Of a stretch of 64,000 nucleotides of DNA, positions 36,201 to 42,200 are shown piece by piece; within the stretch, counting starts at the first letter, position 1, and the number at the start of each line of letters is the position of its first letter. The stretch covers positions 255,242 to 319,241 of the forward strand of contig NW_021163190.1 of the NCBI RefSeq assembly GCF_004324835.1, given 5' to 3'. Origin of the DNA: Dendronephthya gigantea. Taxonomy: Eukaryota. The notes below the pieces were generated by a model. That model was not told where the DNA came from. It saw nothing but the letters and a program-made list of their open reading frames with translations, and did not search any database. A program made the translations under genes and the position numbers.

Positions 36201-39200
36201 TTTATCAGTGAGGATTTTTAATACCAGTGTTTTAACGTTCTAATAGTCGGCTAATTCCTAAGTATTAAGACGTGATTTACTGACGTTTGTTGTAGCTTAT
36301 TTGCTACCGAAAAATGTCGCCATTATGAAATCAGGAACTACTTTAAGGAAATTATCAGGATTTGTAATTGTTCGGCGCATTATTGCGAGGAGAGTCCAAA
36401 TAACATCATCTTGGAAACTCAAGATTTGAGTTCGTAGAACTCTCGTTATGTTTCGACTTTATTCCAAAGTTTTTGTCCATGGGTTTGACAGTGACTTTGG
36501 AATAACAGATTTTCTTCTTTTGATGGATGTGATCGAGTTGATAAATTAGGAATGCTTGAAATAAGAGCAATTGTATACACAAAGCATTCATAACTATTCA
36601 CTCGTTTCCATCTGTCACTTGTCGCTTTGCGAATATATGTGAAAAGACTGATAGCCTGGTTTTTCGCCTTTGCTTCTACCCGCAAATTTTAGGGCGGGTG
36701 AAACGTAGGTCTGTGTTCAGGCTAAATTCACCGGCGAAGTCCGGTTTTCATTTCATCGTAATTGTCGTGAAGAAGTCATTTTCACCGATGAGAAATAGTC
36801 CGGATGTAAATTTGTCTTTATTTCAGTGTTTAAATCGGTCATTGTCGACTACACACACATAGAGATACTCTCAATCACATCAAACACCTTGACATGTTCA
36901 CGACACTCACGAATAAACGGAAACCAGAAGCCAGGGGCCGGTTGTTCGAAAGGCGTTTAGCTTAAACGGTGGATAAGTTCAAAAAAAAAAACCAAATTAA
37001 CAATTTATTGAACAACTGAGCTGAAATATTTCGATGTAAATAGTTTAATTGTCAATGGAAGTACACATTGAATGCATAAGATGCAGGTTCAGTCATTCAC
37101 AAGATGTATTAGAGTATTTTTAAACTTTGGCTTATCCACCGTTTAAGCTAAACGCCTTTCGAACAACTAGCCCCAGTTGTTCAAAGCTGGGTTAGCGCTA
37201 ACCCTGGGTTAAATTTTAATCCACTTTTAAGTGCTTCAGAGCCGCTGTTCGTTTTAAAATCTTTACAAAATATGGCTTTGCCAGTTCAGAAAATGTTTAT
37301 GGAAAAGATATTCAACTTTGTGAACAAGCGATGAAAAATATTGATGTAAAGATTTTCTTTAACCAAGGGTTAGGCTAACCTACTTTTGAACAACTGGTCC
37401 CAGGCATAAATGAAATTCAGCCCTTAGGAGCTGTTGTTGAACGATGGTTAAAGGATTAGAAATTGATTAAACACGCACCCAGGCCCCTCTCCTCCTACCT
37501 TCCACGTCCAATGACAGTATCATCGATGATGACATCCGTTACATCGTCTTCTGGTAAACTAAACTCGACCAAATATCGAATCCTTTGTTGGTTGACAGAG
37601 TAAACAACATATTCGTCTTCTTCAAATTCTGATGGACAAGAATTTGGTTGGTTTTTGACACCGTGACAGCTCTGGTAGCCATCGGGCGCATGCTCCAAAT
37701 CATAGGTGAATTCTGTGAAGTCCTGGAAACGAAAGACCAATTCATTATTGAACATGCGGTCAGTAATGAGAGTAGTTGACTTTCTCCAAGTCTCGCTCAA
37801 AATGGTTTTAGATTTTGATAGGTCTATCCGCGGTAATTTTGAGATCAGTGCGTACTACAGATCTCAAGATTACCCTGGATAGACCTATCGAAATCTAAAA
37901 CCATTTTGAGCGAGGCTTGGAACAAATCTATGAGACTAGTGGATATTGAAACTGAATGAAGAGTTTGTGATGATTTGTGATGGTGCTATAACTCTGTCTC
38001 TGAGTTACCAGCCACGCAAGATGTAAGACTTGCTTTACCACTGTGGGAATCGAACCAGCGACCTTTGCTTTGCTAGTCCACCTCACGTGATGGACAATCA
38101 CAATTCACCTTATACCCACATTCACTATCACTTTAAGACACACAGGTATGGCAGGGACTAGATCAGTTGAACACCGCAGAAATTGGTGTTTATGAAGTTT
38201 CAAGCCGGAAATCTATAAACACTGGTTCGCAATTGTGCATTTCTGTATCGCTATCAAAGAGAAAACTATTGAATAACTTTGAAAAGTTCAATTTTTCTTC
38301 TAAATACGCATTCTGCAATCTTTTGACAGCTCATCATACACATCTGACAGCTGTGAAATGGCCATTTTGAGGCTTGAAGTATACACAAGGTTATTAATTC
38401 AGACGATTCGTTTTTGCCATGTGCAAGCTTCAAATCTTTTGTGCAAGACATATTTTGCTCAGTATTTATGCAGCGGTTTTCTCACCAAGTTTGAAGCCAA
38501 AGTACTGAGAATTGCAGGTTAGTCTTACCAATTTTTGCGGTGTCAATTATTTGACTTTCAGAGTCAAAGATAGATTCAGCAATTAAAAATAATAGCTATT
38601 TACCTTGACACGCCCTAACGCAACCTCGCATATGAGAAGTAACCGTGTTCCCCGAGTTTTTCCTGGGGACGAGTACTTCACACTCGTCGTCGCATCCGAA
38701 CCGAAGTAGATTCCAGTCCCCAAGTTACCAGCGTCCGAGCGCTCACCTCCGAAATCACGGACCACAATTTTGGGGGGAAGAAGACCCCGGGATAAAATAC
38801 CCAGGAAATTTTGCGCTTTCGAGGAATGGAAGAGTTGACGAATGTTTCCAAGATGGGATTCGAAATGCGCTGACTCGGCTGGACGTTGGCATGAAAATAT
38901 GTTCTGTACTTTGATATTCCTAGAAAAAAATGTATAAATAAAGTTGTCTTAGTTTAGGTTTCCTCTTGTAGTAACACTGGATCAATAAGAGATGATCCTT
39001 ACTGGACCTTTAGGAGAATAGTTTAGAACTGATAGAGCTATCCAGTATAAATAAAGTTAGTTTAGTTTAGGTTTCCTCCTGTAGTAACACTGGATCAATA
39101 AGAAATGATCCTTACTGGACCTCCAGGAAGAACAGTTTAAAACTGATAGAGCTATCCAGTATAAATAAAGTTAGTTTAGTTTAGGTTTCCTCCTGTAGTA

Positions 39201-42200
39201 ACACTGGATCAATAAGAGATGATCCTTACTGGACCTCTAGGAAGAACAGTTTAGAACTGATAGAGCTATCCAGTATAAATAAAGTTAGTTTAGTTTAGGT
39301 TTCCTCCTGTAGTAAAACTGGATCAATAACAGATTATCCTTGCTGGACCTTTAGGAAGAACAGCTTAGAACTAAAATAAATCTTAGAGGAACCTATGTGA
39401 TTTCAATTTTAGGAGAAAATAGCTGGCAAATATTTCCTTACCTGGTCGAGGATGACAGCACTTTATTGACAATGTTCAAGTATTCGTCTGTTGTCTTCGA
39501 AAGACTTTCAAGATGACAACCGCACGCTTTGTATTTTGCTTCGTCGCTGCTTCGCGTTGAGAAATTCGTCGCTTCGTTTACATTTAAGATGTCTTTAATT
39601 AACTAAAGAAGAATAAAAATTAGCCTCGATAAATTGGAAATCTATTTTTAATATTTTGAGTATTTTATTATATACCTTTGGGGGAAAAATAGTCAAATTT
39701 AACCAAAATATTGTCGATATAAAAAAGAGCGGGAAAACTTCCGTCAATTTCCGGAATGATACGAGAACTTCCCGCGCTTTCCGATACTAACTCGCGGCCT
39801 TTGATTGGCTTAGGAACAGATTTCACTTGTTCGCTTGACCAATCAGATTATCTGTTCGGTAATGTTAGCCAATCAGAACGTACCTGACAGAGATCCTGTT
39901 TTTCTGCAATAACTCGCTTTGTTTTAATTTCTTTCACGTATTCCTCGTTGTGTGGAACGAGCGAGTAAAACTCCTGAGAATATTTCCCCAAATTTTCATC
40001 CGAAGCATCGCCTTTGTCGAGAATTTCTCGAATAGCTTGCAATACTCCTTCAGCTTTTGAGATATCTTCCAGTTTGAGCTGTTCAACCGAATCGCTGAGT
40101 AGAGAACTCAGCTCTCCGATCGCTTCAGACGAGATGCTGTGAACAAGCGCCTTCACAGGAGGAGACAGATTTTCTTTGTTCAATACTTCACTGGATATAT
40201 TGTTCTGAAATGAGTCAAAATACAAACTTAAAATCAGTAAGCTCTGTTCTAAGCTGTTCTACCTAGAGGTCCAGTAATGATCATCTCTTATTGATCCAGT
40301 GTTACTACAGGAGGAAACCTAAACTAAACTAACTTTATTTATACTGGATAACTCTATCAGTTCTAAACTGTTCTTCCTAGAGGTCCAGTAAGGATCATCT
40401 CTTATTGATCCAGTGTTACTACAGGAGGAAACCTAAACTAAACTAACTTTATTTATACTGGATAGCTCTATCAGTTCTAAACTGTTCTTCCTAGAGGTCC
40501 AGTAAGGATCATCTTTTATTGATCCAGTGTTACTACAGGAGGAAACCTAAACTAAACTAACTTTATTTATACTGGATAGCTCTATCAGTTCAAAACCTTT
40601 TCATGACTTACAGAAATCATTTTATGCGATCCAACACCAGGAGGAAAGGCTGAGAATTGCCGACGGTATTCGGGCTGTTGTTGTGAACAGAAAAGGGAAT
40701 ACAATTGCTCAGCAGTATCGGAGTTGTCGGCAAAACGACATTCCTTTTTGTCAGGTTTCTCATTCACATCAATTCCCTGAAAGAAAGCAACGTTTTAAAT
40801 GAAGAAAATAAAATTCAAACTACAAAATTACCGCGAAAGCTTACACTACAAGAACTTAAATGTAACCTACTGGGGCTGGTTGTATCAAGCCCGTTTAGCT
40901 TAAACGGTGGATAAGTCAAAATTAAATAACACTTTTACACTGAACTCTCTTGAATGAGTCAACTTGAATTCTATGCACTGAATATGTAGTTGTAAACAGT
41001 ATCTTTGTATTAAGGTTAAAAACATTTAGTTCGCTTGTTAAATAATTCGATAAACTTGCTTTTTATTTTGAACTTGTCCACCGTGTAAGTTAAACGGGCT
41101 TGATACAACCGGCCCCTGTACACTGAGAGATAATGCTAAGCCAAGAAGAAGCTGTTTTAAACGGTACAATCTAACAAGTTCTCCGCTTGTCAAACCTTTT
41201 GAAGGATTCCAGAATGAGAGAATATACGATGACTTGGATGTGATTTTTCGATGTCAATCTCACCTTCCTTGGCAGTACTGATATGCAGTTCAATAGCGAC
41301 AAAACGAAACAAACCATTTTTGTCAGATTTCTAGAAAATATTTAAGTATTCCTTGTTAGTTTACGGGTCAGGTAATCCGTTTTCAATCTTCATCAAAATG
41401 CGTGTCCATGCAGTAGTCACGTATAGCTTAGCCTAGAGCTAGCCTTTCAAGCGAAGAAACTTTCTATAACCGGTTATTTAAACGATATTGGAGCAAGTTA
41501 GCCGTTAGTTAGTTTTGAGATTTGTGTGGCGTTACCTTGTGGGCAAAATTTAAGAGGAAGTTACCTTAAACCACGAATGTTTAACGATTTCAAAATCATC
41601 AGATGGAAAGAAAGGAATAGACTCGTTATCTTGATTAAACTGATAAACCCTACGGTAGAAAAGTACATTTGAAACGTCAAACTATTACAGAAGGAAAATA
41701 TAGGGGAAATTATATGCATTCTACGAATACGGCAGGGGCCCGGCGGTTGTATCAAGCCCGTTTAGCTAAACGGTGGATACGTTCAAAATAGAAAGCAAGT
41801 CTGCCGTTTTATTCAACAAGCAACTAAATGTTTTCAACCTTTAATACAAAGATAGTGTTTACAATACATATTCAGTGCATAATATTCAAGTTGACTCATT
41901 CAAGAGAGATGTAAGAGTGTTATTTAATTTTGACTTATCCACCGTTTAAGCTAAACGGGCTTGATACAACCGGCCGCAGGTATACACAGTTTTTGAACGC
42001 GAACTTTTTCAAAACAAAACAAATTTCAGTTGTAAATTTCTTCGCGTAATAAATTTGGCGCCAACGGATAAACCCAGTGCGCTGATTGGTCAAAAATTGG
42101 CGGGCAATTACTAAACGAGCCGCGCTGATTGGTCGAATTTAGTCCCCCGTGATGCCTGACGACAGCAAGAAAGAAGAACACTTCGCAAACTCGAAATTTC

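Larger units (their letters stand above)
30100..36330. repeat. two tandem copies of a 3.43-kb segment (30100-33540 and 33540-36330), each carrying one intronless RING/TRAF/Kelch gene plus conserved flanks
   Basis: Flank blocks 30120-30480 and 33540-33910, and 32230-32940 and 35623-36300, align at high identity. Confidence 0.85.
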
